Source: a virus. From it: a stretch of DNA of 64,000 nt. Under the pieces are notes generated by a model, which made no database searches, was not told the DNA's origin, and saw nothing but the letters and a program-made list of their open reading frames with translations. A program made the position numbers and the translations under genes. Shown here in pieces: positions 1-8,748 of this stretch. The stretch's first letter is position 1; the number at the start of each line of letters is the position of its first letter. Where the stretch lies: positions 64,648 to 128,647 of IMG/VR virus record IMGVR_UViG_3300037337_000170; one strand, given 5' to 3'.

Positions 1-123
1 CTTGATCGAGCCGATACCAGAGCAGGAGTTGAACTTCTAGAAGCTGCCGGTCTACTAGAAGTTGATAGAGCCCTAGAAATTCTAGATACACCTATTACTG
101 AACTAGAAAAATTTGTTGGATAA
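1..123 (+). CDS. 3' end of a tail-fibre-associated/assembly protein (partial)
   Basis: Frame +1 reads LDRADTRAGVELLEAAGLLEVDRALEILDTPITELEKFVG*; resembles the C-terminus of ORF 34904-35320. Confidence 0.55.
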   Translation, partial: LDRADTRAGVELLEAAGLLEVDRALEILDTPITELEKFVG

Positions 124-137
124 ACTCAAATGACTTT

Positions 138-145
138 TATAAATA
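138..145 (+). promoter_or_regulatory. T4-type late promoter TATAAATA
   Basis: Exact gp55 consensus upstream of GGAG RBS and ATG 162. Confidence 0.75.
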
Positions 146-161
146 AAATAGGAGACTACAC

Positions 162-1265
162 ATGAGTTATATAGGCAATCGACCAAACAACCCACAGATC
201 GGACCGGCATCATCGACTACTATTACTGCGACCACATTGCAGACAGTATTCAGTATTGCCTATACACCTGGCTTTATTACAGTATTTCAGAACGGCGCGC
301 TTTTAGTTCCTTTTTCTGATTATACTACAAATGCAGGGACCTCTGTTACATTAGTTACCGGTGCGACTGTAGGCGATGAACTTACATTTATTGTTGGTAA
401 TGCGGTTGCTAATGGTGAGGTGGTTACTGCGACTACTGCCACATTTGCTACTAATGCGGCAACAGCGACCAATGCGGTAACAGCGAACAATGCTACTCTT
501 GCTGCAACAGCTACAAATGCGCTTTCACTAGGCGGTACACTAGCGGCCAATTATTCGCTGGTAGCTAATAGTGTGTCCAGCGTCAACGGTACCACCGGGC
601 CGGTCCAAGGCGTTGTCTTTGACGCACCAACTGACGGCGAAAACTACCTCCGCGCTGGCTCTGCCTGGGTGGTGTCCGTTGCGCCTATTGACCGCGTGCC
701 GCAAATGCTTGTCATCACATCTACCCAGACATGGGCGCCGCCCGTTGGTGTGACACGGGCGAAATTGACTGTGATCGGTGGTGGCGGTGCGAGTGGAACC
801 GCGACATCTCAAGTCGGCGGCGGGGGCGGGGGCGGTGGTAGCGCTGTTTCCGTGTTGACCGTTTCCAGCGCAACAACCTACACTGCAACAGTTGGTGCTG
901 GCGGCGCAGCCGCCGCCCAAAGCGGCAACCTAAACGGGAATGCTGGCGGAGCAAGCTCATTTTCAGGCAGTGGCATCACAACAATGACAGCAAATGGAGG
1001 TGGTGGTGGGCAAAGCTATCAGGGCAACGTGGGCGGCACAGCCACAGGGGGGCAAATCAACATCCCTGGCGGCAGCGGCAACGGATCAGCAACAAATAAC
1101 AACACGCCGCCGCCGCACGGCGGCGAAACGCTTCTGTCGCCAAGAACTGTGCAGCCCGGTAGCGGGGGCCTGGCCGGGCAGGGGTTCGGAGCGGGAGGCG
1201 TTGCGCCATTCAACGCCACCACGACATTTGCTGGTGCCGCCGGCGTCATCGTTATCGAATTCTGA
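162..1265 (+). CDS. Tail fibre protein with glycine-rich C-terminal domain
   Basis: MSYIGNRP start, ATxA repeats, VSSVNGxTG motif, WAPPVGVTRAKLTVIGGGG...GVIVIEF glycine-rich domain. Confidence 0.75.
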   Translation: MSYIGNRPNNPQIGPASSTTITATTLQTVFSIAYTPGFITVFQNGALLVPFSDYTTNAGTSVTLVTGATVGDELTFIVGNAVANGEVVTATTATFATNAATATNAVTANNATLAATATNALSLGGTLAANYSLVANSVSSVNGTTGPVQGVVFDAPTDGENYLRAGSAWVVSVAPIDRVPQMLVITSTQTWAPPVGVTRAKLTVIGGGGASGTATSQVGGGGGGGGSAVSVLTVSSATTYTATVGAGGAAAAQSGNLNGNAGGASSFSGSGITTMTANGGGGGQSYQGNVGGTATGGQINIPGGSGNGSATNNNTPPPHGGETLLSPRTVQPGSGGLAGQGFGAGGVAPFNATTTFAGAAGVIVIEF

Positions 1266-1275
1266 AAGACTCAAC

Positions 1276-1809
1276 ATGATCGCAGCACAAATTAACTCTA
1301 CCGGCCTTGTCACAAACACCATCATTGTTGATTCGCTCAACGTCATACCCGGCCTGATTGACGGCACAGGCGCAGCCATTGGCGATACATGGGACGGCTC
1401 GGCATTTATCCATCCGACCCCACCCACCATCCCACTCGCCACCCGCCAAGCCGCAGCATGGGAGCGCATTAAAACCGAGCGCGTCCGGCGCAAGGTATTG
1501 GGTGTCAAAGTCGGCGCGCATTGGTTTCACAGCGACGCAGACAGCCGCATTCAGCAATTGGGCTTGGTTATCATGGGCACATCAGTCCCAGCGGTGCAGT
1601 GGAAAACGCTCACACCGAACGGATCATCTGTATTTGTAACAATGACACAAGCGATTGCCGCAGGCATTTTTCAGAATACGGCAGCAAGTGATACGGCTAT
1701 ATTTGAAGCAGCAGAGACACATAGACTGGCAATGGAAGCAAGCTCTACTCCAGAAAGTTATGAGTTCACTTCTGGATGGCCTATCTCAATTGAAGATCAA
1801 GCAGATTAA
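1276..1809 (+). CDS. Tail fibre assembly chaperone (DUF4376-like)
   Basis: ATG 1276 is more plausible than 994; WERIKTER...GVKVGAHWFHSDADSRIQ...WKT...GWP pattern. Confidence 0.7.
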   Translation: MIAAQINSTGLVTNTIIVDSLNVIPGLIDGTGAAIGDTWDGSAFIHPTPPTIPLATRQAAAWERIKTERVRRKVLGVKVGAHWFHSDADSRIQQLGLVIMGTSVPAVQWKTLTPNGSSVFVTMTQAIAAGIFQNTAASDTAIFEAAETHRLAMEASSTPESYEFTSGWPISIEDQAD

Positions 1810-1812
1810 TCT

Positions 1813-2331
1813 ATGAAACTAGCCTCTTACCATGGCACCAAGTCCGGCGTAATGGGACTCGGCAATGTTTTAATAAGATACCGTCTTAAAGGCGTGTATT
1901 CTCATTCGGAGATAGTATTTGAGCCCGGTGATAATGTTGACGGGTTCATGCCGGATGGTACCACAGAACCTAATGAGTCAGGCGAAGTATGGTGTGCCTC
2001 TAGTACCGGATTAGATTTTATCCCAGACTGGAGTAAAGTTCGTGCAGGTAAACTAGGTGGAGTTAGGTTTAAGAGAATTAAACTTGACCCAGCCAAATGG
2101 CGTATTGATGAGACAACGGCCGATCCTGTAAAGGCTGCATTATGGGCTGTTGACAATCAGGGAATGCGTTATGATTGGCAATTGATCTTTGGTTTCATTG
2201 CCTGGGTAATACCAGAAAAGACAGGTCGGGTAATGTGTAGTGAGGCATGTGCTGAAATGCTAGGTTATAATGATTCTTGGAGATTGGATCCTTGCATTTT
2301 ACGATCAGTCAATAATTATTCTATAACTTAA
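1813..2331 (+). CDS. Putative permuted papain-like (NlpC/P60, YiiX-like) hydrolase
   Basis: YSHSE (His), GMRYDW and MCSE (Cys) in permuted order; paralog of 35286-35744. Confidence 0.55.
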   Translation: MKLASYHGTKSGVMGLGNVLIRYRLKGVYSHSEIVFEPGDNVDGFMPDGTTEPNESGEVWCASSTGLDFIPDWSKVRAGKLGGVRFKRIKLDPAKWRIDETTADPVKAALWAVDNQGMRYDWQLIFGFIAWVIPEKTGRVMCSEACAEMLGYNDSWRLDPCILRSVNNYSIT

Positions 2332-2402
2332 GATAGAAATACTATTGTAACAGGTTTGCATACTGACCTTGTTAACTAACATGATAAATAAGTACAATCC
2401 AC

Positions 2403-2410
2403 TATAAATA
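2403..2410 (+). promoter_or_regulatory. Late promoter TATAAATA
   Basis: Consensus immediately before ATG 2415; a GATAAATA variant lies just upstream. Confidence 0.6.
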
Positions 2411-2414
2411 ACAT

Positions 2415-3599
2415 ATGAGCAATTCACAAAAATTATCACAATTGGTGCCTGGTGGTAACACTCCTATTCCGGTCAATAAGGGCGGCACCGGTACGGCATC
2501 ATTGACTGGGCTTGTAAAAGGTAATGGTACTGGTGCATTAACTGCAGCAGTATCTGGTACTGATATTAAGACCGTTAATGGTGTAACTTTTCTTGGCTCT
2601 GGTGATATTGCAGTACAAGTTCCATTGGTTTCTGGTACTAATATTCGCACAGTTAATGGTGCATCATTATTGACTGCTGGCAATTTGCAACTTGGTGCAT
2701 CCCTAGTAGGATCTGCTCGTACTGCTAATACAGCATTAGGTATAGCCGATAATTCTGCCTTAATTGATATCACCAGTGGCACGTTTACGCAAACATTCTC
2801 TGCCGCAGCAACGCTGGGCAGCGGTTGGTTCTGCTACATCCGCAACTCAGGCACAGGTGACATCACGCTTGATCCGAACGCTTCGGAGTTAATTGACGGC
2901 TTGACCAGTTATGTGATGTATCCCGGCGAAGTGCGGCTGGTGCAGTGCGATGGGGTGGCGCTGAGGAGTGTGGTGTTGACGGCGTTTGCCAGAACGTTTA
3001 TTACCTCGGGGACGTTTATTAAGCCACCGGGTTATTCCGTCATTTTCACCGAACTATGGGCTGGTGGTGGCGGCGGCGGCAAAGGTACGAGTTATACGAC
3101 GGCTGGGAACGGCGGCGCGTATATGACCCGACCTGTGATGGCCAGCACTATCCCCCCGACGGTGCTTGTAACTGTAGGAGCCGGCGGCACACCCGCTTCT
3201 GTAAATACTGCATCGGGCACCGCTGGCGGCGTATCCACACTAGGAACCTTGGTGAGCACAGACTCTGTGTCTGATTCGCGCGGGGGCAATCCGGGGCAAG
3301 CATATCCAGACATTCAAGGTACGTTTACTGGGGGGCGTTCAGCCACGTTCAGCACCGGGTCTACGACTTTGGCCGGGTCCAGTATTTTCGGCGGTGGGGC
3401 TGGAGGTTCATTTAACTTAAATGCAACCACAATTGTGCCACCCGGAGTTAGTAATTTTGGCGGTTCTGGGGGCTCAGCAGGTAATGCGGTAAGTGGGTCC
3501 GATGGAATTATTCCCGGCGGCGGAGGTGGAGTTACGCGCACAGGGCCTTTATCTGGCGCGGGCGCCCGCGGTGAAGTTCGTATCTGGGGAGTCGCATAA
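2415..3599 (+). CDS. Tail fibre protein with glycine-rich C-terminal domain
   Basis: PVNKGGTG motif, two SGTxIxTVNG repeats, ITLDPNASELIDG domain, Gly-rich tail ending GARGEVRIWG. Confidence 0.75.
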   Translation: MSNSQKLSQLVPGGNTPIPVNKGGTGTASLTGLVKGNGTGALTAAVSGTDIKTVNGVTFLGSGDIAVQVPLVSGTNIRTVNGASLLTAGNLQLGASLVGSARTANTALGIADNSALIDITSGTFTQTFSAAATLGSGWFCYIRNSGTGDITLDPNASELIDGLTSYVMYPGEVRLVQCDGVALRSVVLTAFARTFITSGTFIKPPGYSVIFTELWAGGGGGGKGTSYTTAGNGGAYMTRPVMASTIPPTVLVTVGAGGTPASVNTASGTAGGVSTLGTLVSTDSVSDSRGGNPGQAYPDIQGTFTGGRSATFSTGSTTLAGSSIFGGGAGGSFNLNATTIVPPGVSNFGGSGGSAGNAVSGSDGIIPGGGGGVTRTGPLSGAGARGEVRIWGVA

Positions 3600-3997
3600 T
3601 GCGCGCACACATCATTACGGGCGGCATTGTCGCCAACACCATCGAAGTCGAATCACTCGACTTTCTTCCCGGCCTGATCGCTGCGACTGAGGGCACCATT
3701 GGCGACCTCTACGCTAATGGCGTGTTCAGCAAGCCGCCTACACAGCCGACTGCTGTCCCATACTCAGTCACTCGTAGACAAGCCAAGCATGCACTACTAC
3801 TAGCAGGTCTATTAGGTAATGTCCAACCGGCACTTGATGCTATTGCAGATCCGGTTCAAAAAACAATAATGCAAATTGAATGGGACGATAGTCAGGAATT
3901 TGAGCGTAACCGCCCTAGCCTAATCGCTATTGGTACGGCATTAGGTCTAGATTCTACTGAACTAGATGATCTATTCATTACTGCCAGCGGCTTATGA
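3599..3997 (+). CDS. Tail fibre assembly protein
   Basis: VPYSVTRRQAKHAL...IEWDDSQEFER...LDDLFITA pattern typical of fibre chaperones. Confidence 0.65.
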   Translation: MRAHIITGGIVANTIEVESLDFLPGLIAATEGTIGDLYANGVFSKPPTQPTAVPYSVTRRQAKHALLLAGLLGNVQPALDAIADPVQKTIMQIEWDDSQEFERNRPSLIAIGTALGLDSTELDDLFITASGL

Positions 3998-3998
3998 C

Positions 3999-4092
3999 CC
4001 ACTTACCGAACAACTGGAAGACATAGTCTATTATATCCAAGAAACTTAGAACCTAAAATAAACTTGGGTTCTAAGTTGTAATAATTTGTACA
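3999..4092 (-). promoter_or_regulatory. Repeated orphan promoter element, copy 1 (candidate origin)
   Basis: Minus strand TGTACAA-N4-TTACA-N13-GTTTATT-N21-TATAAT followed by conserved ATGTCTTCCAGTTGTTCGGTAAGTGG. Confidence 0.65.
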
Positions 4093-4095
4093 CAA

Positions 4096-4848
4096 ATGGC
4101 CATTATCGCATCACGACAAAACTTAAAAGAATACTGCCTAAGGCGCCTAGGCGCACCATTAGTGCAGATTGACATTACCGATGAGTCAATGGATGATGCT
4201 ATTGATGACTGCCTGTCCTTTATGCAGGAATATTATTTCGATGGGTCAGATAGATTCTTCTATGGTCATCAAGTAACACAACTCGACATTGATAATAAGT
4301 ATATTACGTTACCGCTCTACATCTGGGGTGTTAATGAGGTATTCAATGTTACCAACACAAGTGCTTCTCAAATGAGCATTTTCGATGTTGAATATCAAAT
4401 GAGAGCGTCCGATCAATTTAGGGCTATTAGTACTGGCTCTGGTGGGTTAGTCTATTATACCCAGATGATGACTACTCTATCCATGATGAACGAAATTCTT
4501 AATGTCAAGAAACAATTCAGATTCAACCGTAATAGTGATAAAATCTATATCGACATGAACTGGAATAGTAGGGTAAATATTGGCACATGGATAATGCTTG
4601 ATTGCTATGCGGTTATTGATCCTAACGAGAACAGTAAGTTCTGGAATAATCACGCATTTAAAGAAATTGTTACGGCTAGGTTTAAAATGCAATGGGCTAT
4701 GGCTTATTCCAAGTTCATGAACATTCAATTACCTGGTGGTGTACAAATTGATGGACGAGATAGTTATGCTACTGCCAAATCAGAATATGATGAACTAGCT
4801 GATGATATTATGAATAATAGTAGCCCAACAGGAATTTATTATGGTTGA
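4096..4848 (+). CDS. gp13: Neck protein gp13
   Basis: LKEYCLRRLGAP and QLPGGVQIDG motifs; synteny. Confidence 0.92.
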   Translation: MAIIASRQNLKEYCLRRLGAPLVQIDITDESMDDAIDDCLSFMQEYYFDGSDRFFYGHQVTQLDIDNKYITLPLYIWGVNEVFNVTNTSASQMSIFDVEYQMRASDQFRAISTGSGGLVYYTQMMTTLSMMNEILNVKKQFRFNRNSDKIYIDMNWNSRVNIGTWIMLDCYAVIDPNENSKFWNNHAFKEIVTARFKMQWAMAYSKFMNIQLPGGVQIDGRDSYATAKSEYDELADDIMNNSSPTGIYYG

Positions 4849-5191
4849 CTATTTTATACATTTTGGTTATCTTCTACTGGCATCATACATTTTTTGGTGT
4901 CTTTATATAGCAACTATGGGATGCTATAGGGCGCATCTGGCTGGTCGGTTGGTTGGGATTACAAAAATTCTAGCCTATCCCTTGGTAATATTTGCGGTCA
5001 TCGTTGATATTATTTTTCAATATACAGTTGCAACTGTATTATTTTTTGATCTACCAAAAGCAAAAGAATATCTTGTTACCGACCGTCTACAAAGATATGT
5101 TGCTGGAAAAAACGACTGGCGTCGAAAGATTGCAGTATATATTTGTGATAATTTATTAGATGTATTTGATCCAACTGGAGATCACTGTTAA
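4841..5191 (+). CDS. Hypothetical membrane protein
   Basis: Two hydrophobic segments; ends LDVFDPTGDHC; overlaps both neighbours. Confidence 0.7.
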   Translation: MVDYFIHFGYLLLASYIFWCLYIATMGCYRAHLAGRLVGITKILAYPLVIFAVIVDIIFQYTVATVLFFDLPKAKEYLVTDRLQRYVAGKNDWRRKIAVYICDNLLDVFDPTGDHC

Positions 5192-5847
5192 TGGTAACAT
5201 CACTAAGAATTAATCCCCGTACTTACTCGAATGATAATATGATTCTTTCTCTATTGCATGAGGAAGCAATATCCATTCAGTCAATTGATGCATTCTATAT
5301 CCCACGTACATTAGTTTTTGAGGATAAAATTCTTGGTGAGGATCGGCTAAGCCAATTCAGAGAAGCGTATCCAATTTTAGCCTATCTTGAAGATGTAGAC
5401 GGCTATCAGGGGCAGAATTCATTTGCATCAAAGTTTGGTTTACAGATCGACTCTAATACCACATTAACCATATCGGCTGCTGCGTGGGAACGGTCTGTTG
5501 GTCAATTTGGTTCGACTATTTTACCGAATCGCCCGTGCGAGGGAGATTTAGTTTATCTACCAATGACCAAAGGGTTGTTTAGTATTACATTTGTTAACGA
5601 CAAGTCGCCTTTCTATCAGTTAGGTCAAAAGTATACATACAAACTCAGTATTGAATTATTCAACTATTCTAGTGAGAAAATTGAAACTGGTATACCAGAA
5701 CTTGATGCGATTGAAGCCGAACATACACAAGATACCACTATTAGACCAGATATTGATACATTACCACGAGGTGCAGATAATCAAAAGTTTCGTGATCGTG
5801 GTGCTACACTAAACTGGAATTCTGGTAATCCATTTGGTGATCTATAA
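5191..5847 (+). CDS. gp14: Neck protein gp14
   Basis: YIPRTLV..D.ILGED..S.F, SKFGL, RPCEGDLVYLP, PFYQLG and NPFG motifs. Confidence 0.92.
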   Translation: MVTSLRINPRTYSNDNMILSLLHEEAISIQSIDAFYIPRTLVFEDKILGEDRLSQFREAYPILAYLEDVDGYQGQNSFASKFGLQIDSNTTLTISAAAWERSVGQFGSTILPNRPCEGDLVYLPMTKGLFSITFVNDKSPFYQLGQKYTYKLSIELFNYSSEKIETGIPELDAIEAEHTQDTTIRPDIDTLPRGADNQKFRDRGATLNWNSGNPFGDL

Positions 5848-6569
5848 TGCTAGAACAACCCTTTTATCATGCCACTATTCGGAATACGATTATCTCGTTT
5901 GGTAATCTATTCTCGAAGTTAAAATTACAACGCGCTAATGCTGCCGGTGCGATTACACAAACTATTGCAGTGCCTATTACATATGGTAACAAGGAAAAGA
6001 TCTTTGTTCGATTGCGTCAGGAAACCAACTTTGAGAATCAAGTTGCAGTAACCCTACCGCGTATGGCCTTTGAAATTACTTCTTATTCACACGATCCGTC
6101 TAGGTTTCAAAGTAAACTAAATAAGATTACATCCAAGAATCCGGATGGTTCAATAAATGGAATGTTTGTTTCCGTTCCTTATAATCTAGGAGTATCTCTA
6201 TATATTCTAACAAAGGGCTCTGAGGATGGGCTTAATATCATCGAACAGATCCTGCCAATCTTTATTCCCGAATATATGCTTCCTGTTGTAGGTCTATCAA
6301 CAATGGGATTGGTTCAGGATGTTCCAGTAATATTGAATTCTGTTTCCTCACAGTCAGAGTTCGAGGGCGACTTTATGGCCCGCTCATTAACAACACACCA
6401 ATTAGATTTTACTGTAAAGATTAATCTCTATGGTGGTATCGGTAATGCCAAAGAGATTACTAGAACCGATGTTGGAGTTAGAGCAAGAATCGATGCTGGG
6501 TTAGCCGATATTACACATACTGCGATTGGTGATCCAGATGACAAAACAGTTACAGACTTCTGGAACTAA
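5847..6569 (+). CDS. gp15: Tail sheath stabilizer/terminator gp15
   Basis: FYHATIR...FGNLF, VPITYG.KEK, TLPRMAFE and IEQILPIF motifs. Confidence 0.92.
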   Translation: MLEQPFYHATIRNTIISFGNLFSKLKLQRANAAGAITQTIAVPITYGNKEKIFVRLRQETNFENQVAVTLPRMAFEITSYSHDPSRFQSKLNKITSKNPDGSINGMFVSVPYNLGVSLYILTKGSEDGLNIIEQILPIFIPEYMLPVVGLSTMGLVQDVPVILNSVSSQSEFEGDFMARSLTTHQLDFTVKINLYGGIGNAKEITRTDVGVRARIDAGLADITHTAIGDPDDKTVTDFWN

Positions 6570-6571
6570 TA

Positions 6572-6937
6572 ATGGATAATAAAGGTTATAACGGCAATTT
6601 ATTAATCAAGACCGTTGGTGCACAACAAGACTGGACATTGGATCAAGTTCAAGAATGGACAAAGTGTAAAGAAGACCCAATATATTTTATCGAAAAATAT
6701 ATTAAGATTGTAACACTAGATTACGGTCTTCAACCAATGAAACTATATCCATTCCAACGTGATATTATTCTAGGCATCGTTAATAATAATAAGGTCATCG
6801 CATGTTGCGCCCGGCAGCTAGGTAAGTGCGTCGATAAAAACACTAAATATACTGTAAGGAATAAAAAGACTGGTGAAATCAGATCTTTAACCGCACAGGA
6901 ATTTCATGAGCAAACAAAAAAGACCAACCCAATATAA
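6572..6937 (+). CDS. terL: Terminase large subunit, N-terminal fragment fused to split-intein N-part
   Basis: YNGNLLIK, KCKEDPIYFIEKYIKI, LYPFQ and ARQLGK (start of Walker A), followed by C-V-D... Confidence 0.9.
   Translation: MDNKGYNGNLLIKTVGAQQDWTLDQVQEWTKCKEDPIYFIEKYIKIVTLDYGLQPMKLYPFQRDIILGIVNNNKVIACCARQLGKCVDKNTKYTVRNKKTGEIRSLTAQEFHEQTKKTNPI
6827..6934 (+). mobile_element. Split intein N-fragment (36 aa)
   Basis: Cys1-initiated block A CVDKNTKYTVRNKKTGEIRSLTAQEF directly after GK. Confidence 0.85.
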
Positions 6938-8399
6938 AGCAATATTAACATGTATTCAATGTAAAGTGGATTTTACTGGGCGTGCTGGGTCTAAATTTTG
7001 CACCCCAGCATGCAACAATGCTGCAAATGTAGCACGTAATATTGGTGCAGAAAAAAATTGTATGGTATGTGCCAAAATTTTTACTGGTAGAAAGGGCTCT
7101 ACATTCTGTTCTGATGTCTGCCGTGATATTTCAAATGATAAAGATAAAACTGATAAACGAGCAGCTAAACTTTTCTCTAGATTGTTAGTGGCTCACCCAA
7201 CGAATATTAAGTCTTGTGATGAATGTAACACAGATTTTTCTCCAACCATTAAATTAAAAAAGTGGTGTTCCATTGGGTGTAGAACCATCTCATCTGGAAA
7301 AACTCAAAAAAATAAAGCTGATAAAAATCTAAAAATTAAAACCTGTAAAGAATGTAACATAGTCTTTAAGGGAAGAAAAGGAAGTAGTTTTTGTTGTAAA
7401 ATATGTAAAAATAAACATGATCTGAAACAACAACATATTGATGCAGTCGAAAAGTATCAGAGCGTAGAGGAATATGTAATCTGCCCGGTTTGTTCCTTAA
7501 GAATGGGTCAAATTTCCTCAGTGCATATGAAGATTCATGGTATGACAATACCAGAAATCAAGATATTATATCCAGACCAAAAGCTCTTATCAGTGAATCT
7601 TTCAATGGAACTATCTAAGAGAGTTGAGGGAGATAAAAATCCAGGATTTAAGCATGGTGGTAGACTATCTCCATTTTCGAGCAAATTTTTAAAATATAAT
7701 GAATTCAGTAATGTTGAAACAAAGGAAATTGTCGAAAAGCTTTTTGTAAAATCAATCAATACTAGAAATATTAATGATAATAACAGTACTAGATTGTCTT
7801 ACTATACAAGTCGTGGGATGTCGGAATTAGATTCTGAGATAGCTTTACATAACAGGCAAACAACATTTAGTCTAGAAAAATGTATAAATGACTATGGTGA
7901 TGAATTAGGTACTTTAATATGGGCTGATAGACAAGCCAATTGGCAAAATACTTTAAATAGTAAATCCGATGAAGAAAAAGACTTAATAAACTCCAAAAAA
8001 TCATCGAAGGTTAATTATAGATCGCTGTGGTCTCAAACCCTTGACAGTCAGGGCTACTTTTATATTATAGAGATATACCCCAATGTTGTTAAAATTGGAG
8101 TCACATCAAAGTCGGATATAAGAAAAAGATATAATATTATAGATTTGAAAAACACCAATATATTATTGTTTGAAAAATGTCATAGTATCAATCATGCTTT
8201 TCAAATTGAGCAGTTACTTAAACGAAAGAATAAGTTGCTTATAAATAACTCTGATTATGGCGCATTTGGTTGGACAGAGGTTTTCAATAACATAGATACA
8301 AGCGTCATATTAAATGAGGCTTTAATAATGCTTAATAATCCCGATTCAATAGCTATTGAGTTTAATAATGTGTTTAAATTAAAAAATGGTTCTATCTGA
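6906..8399 (+). CDS. Putative homing endonuclease (Zn-ribbon repeats, NUMOD-like segment, GIY-YIG/T5orf172-like C-terminus)
   Basis: Four CxxC...CxxxC repeats, GDKNPGFKHGG, GYFYII...KIGVT...RY...EQ...GWTEVF; AT-rich and inserted within terL. Confidence 0.7.
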   Translation: MSKQKRPTQYKAILTCIQCKVDFTGRAGSKFCTPACNNAANVARNIGAEKNCMVCAKIFTGRKGSTFCSDVCRDISNDKDKTDKRAAKLFSRLLVAHPTNIKSCDECNTDFSPTIKLKKWCSIGCRTISSGKTQKNKADKNLKIKTCKECNIVFKGRKGSSFCCKICKNKHDLKQQHIDAVEKYQSVEEYVICPVCSLRMGQISSVHMKIHGMTIPEIKILYPDQKLLSVNLSMELSKRVEGDKNPGFKHGGRLSPFSSKFLKYNEFSNVETKEIVEKLFVKSINTRNINDNNSTRLSYYTSRGMSELDSEIALHNRQTTFSLEKCINDYGDELGTLIWADRQANWQNTLNSKSDEEKDLINSKKSSKVNYRSLWSQTLDSQGYFYIIEIYPNVVKIGVTSKSDIRKRYNIIDLKNTNILLFEKCHSINHAFQIEQLLKRKNKLLINNSDYGAFGWTEVFNNIDTSVILNEALIMLNNPDSIAIEFNNVFKLKNGSI

Positions 8400-8748
8400 T
8401 ATAACCAACCGTAAATTTATAGAGAGCTTCGATGTTTCTGAGTGGGAAGTCGAAACAGATACCGGTTGGGAAGATATATCCTCTAGCAATAAGACAGTTG
8501 AATATGAACTTTATGAACTGACTACAGAGTCCGGCAGAATTTTAAAGTGTGCTGATACCCATATTCTATTTGATAGAACTATGGATGAGATATACGCCAA
8601 GGATACATTTGGTATATTGGTTCAAACCAAAACTGGTCTCGATAAGGTAGTTTCAGTTGTCGCGACAGGCATATATGAAAATATGTATGATCTCTCAGTT
8701 AACTCATCTAATCATAGATATTATACTGATGAATTCTTGAGCCATAAT
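8386..8748 (+). mobile_element. Split intein C-fragment (121 aa)
   Basis: VETDTGW, LKCADTH (block B), MYDLSV (block F), YYTDEFLSHN|T (block G, Thr at +1). Confidence 0.88.

Noticed and set aside
162-3997. Diversity-generating retroelement acting on the tail fibres
   Set aside because: No reverse transcriptase and no template/variable repeat pair differing at adenines
3990-4024. Conserved micropeptide encoded by the repeated orphan promoter elements
   Set aside because: The ATG-initiated frames differ in length (7-26 codons) and diverge between copies, so the conservation is at the nucleotide level
6906-8399. Group I intron interrupting terL
   Set aside because: The interval is entirely filled by an ORF overlapping both fragments, leaving no room for a ribozyme core; clear intein blocks explain the junctions
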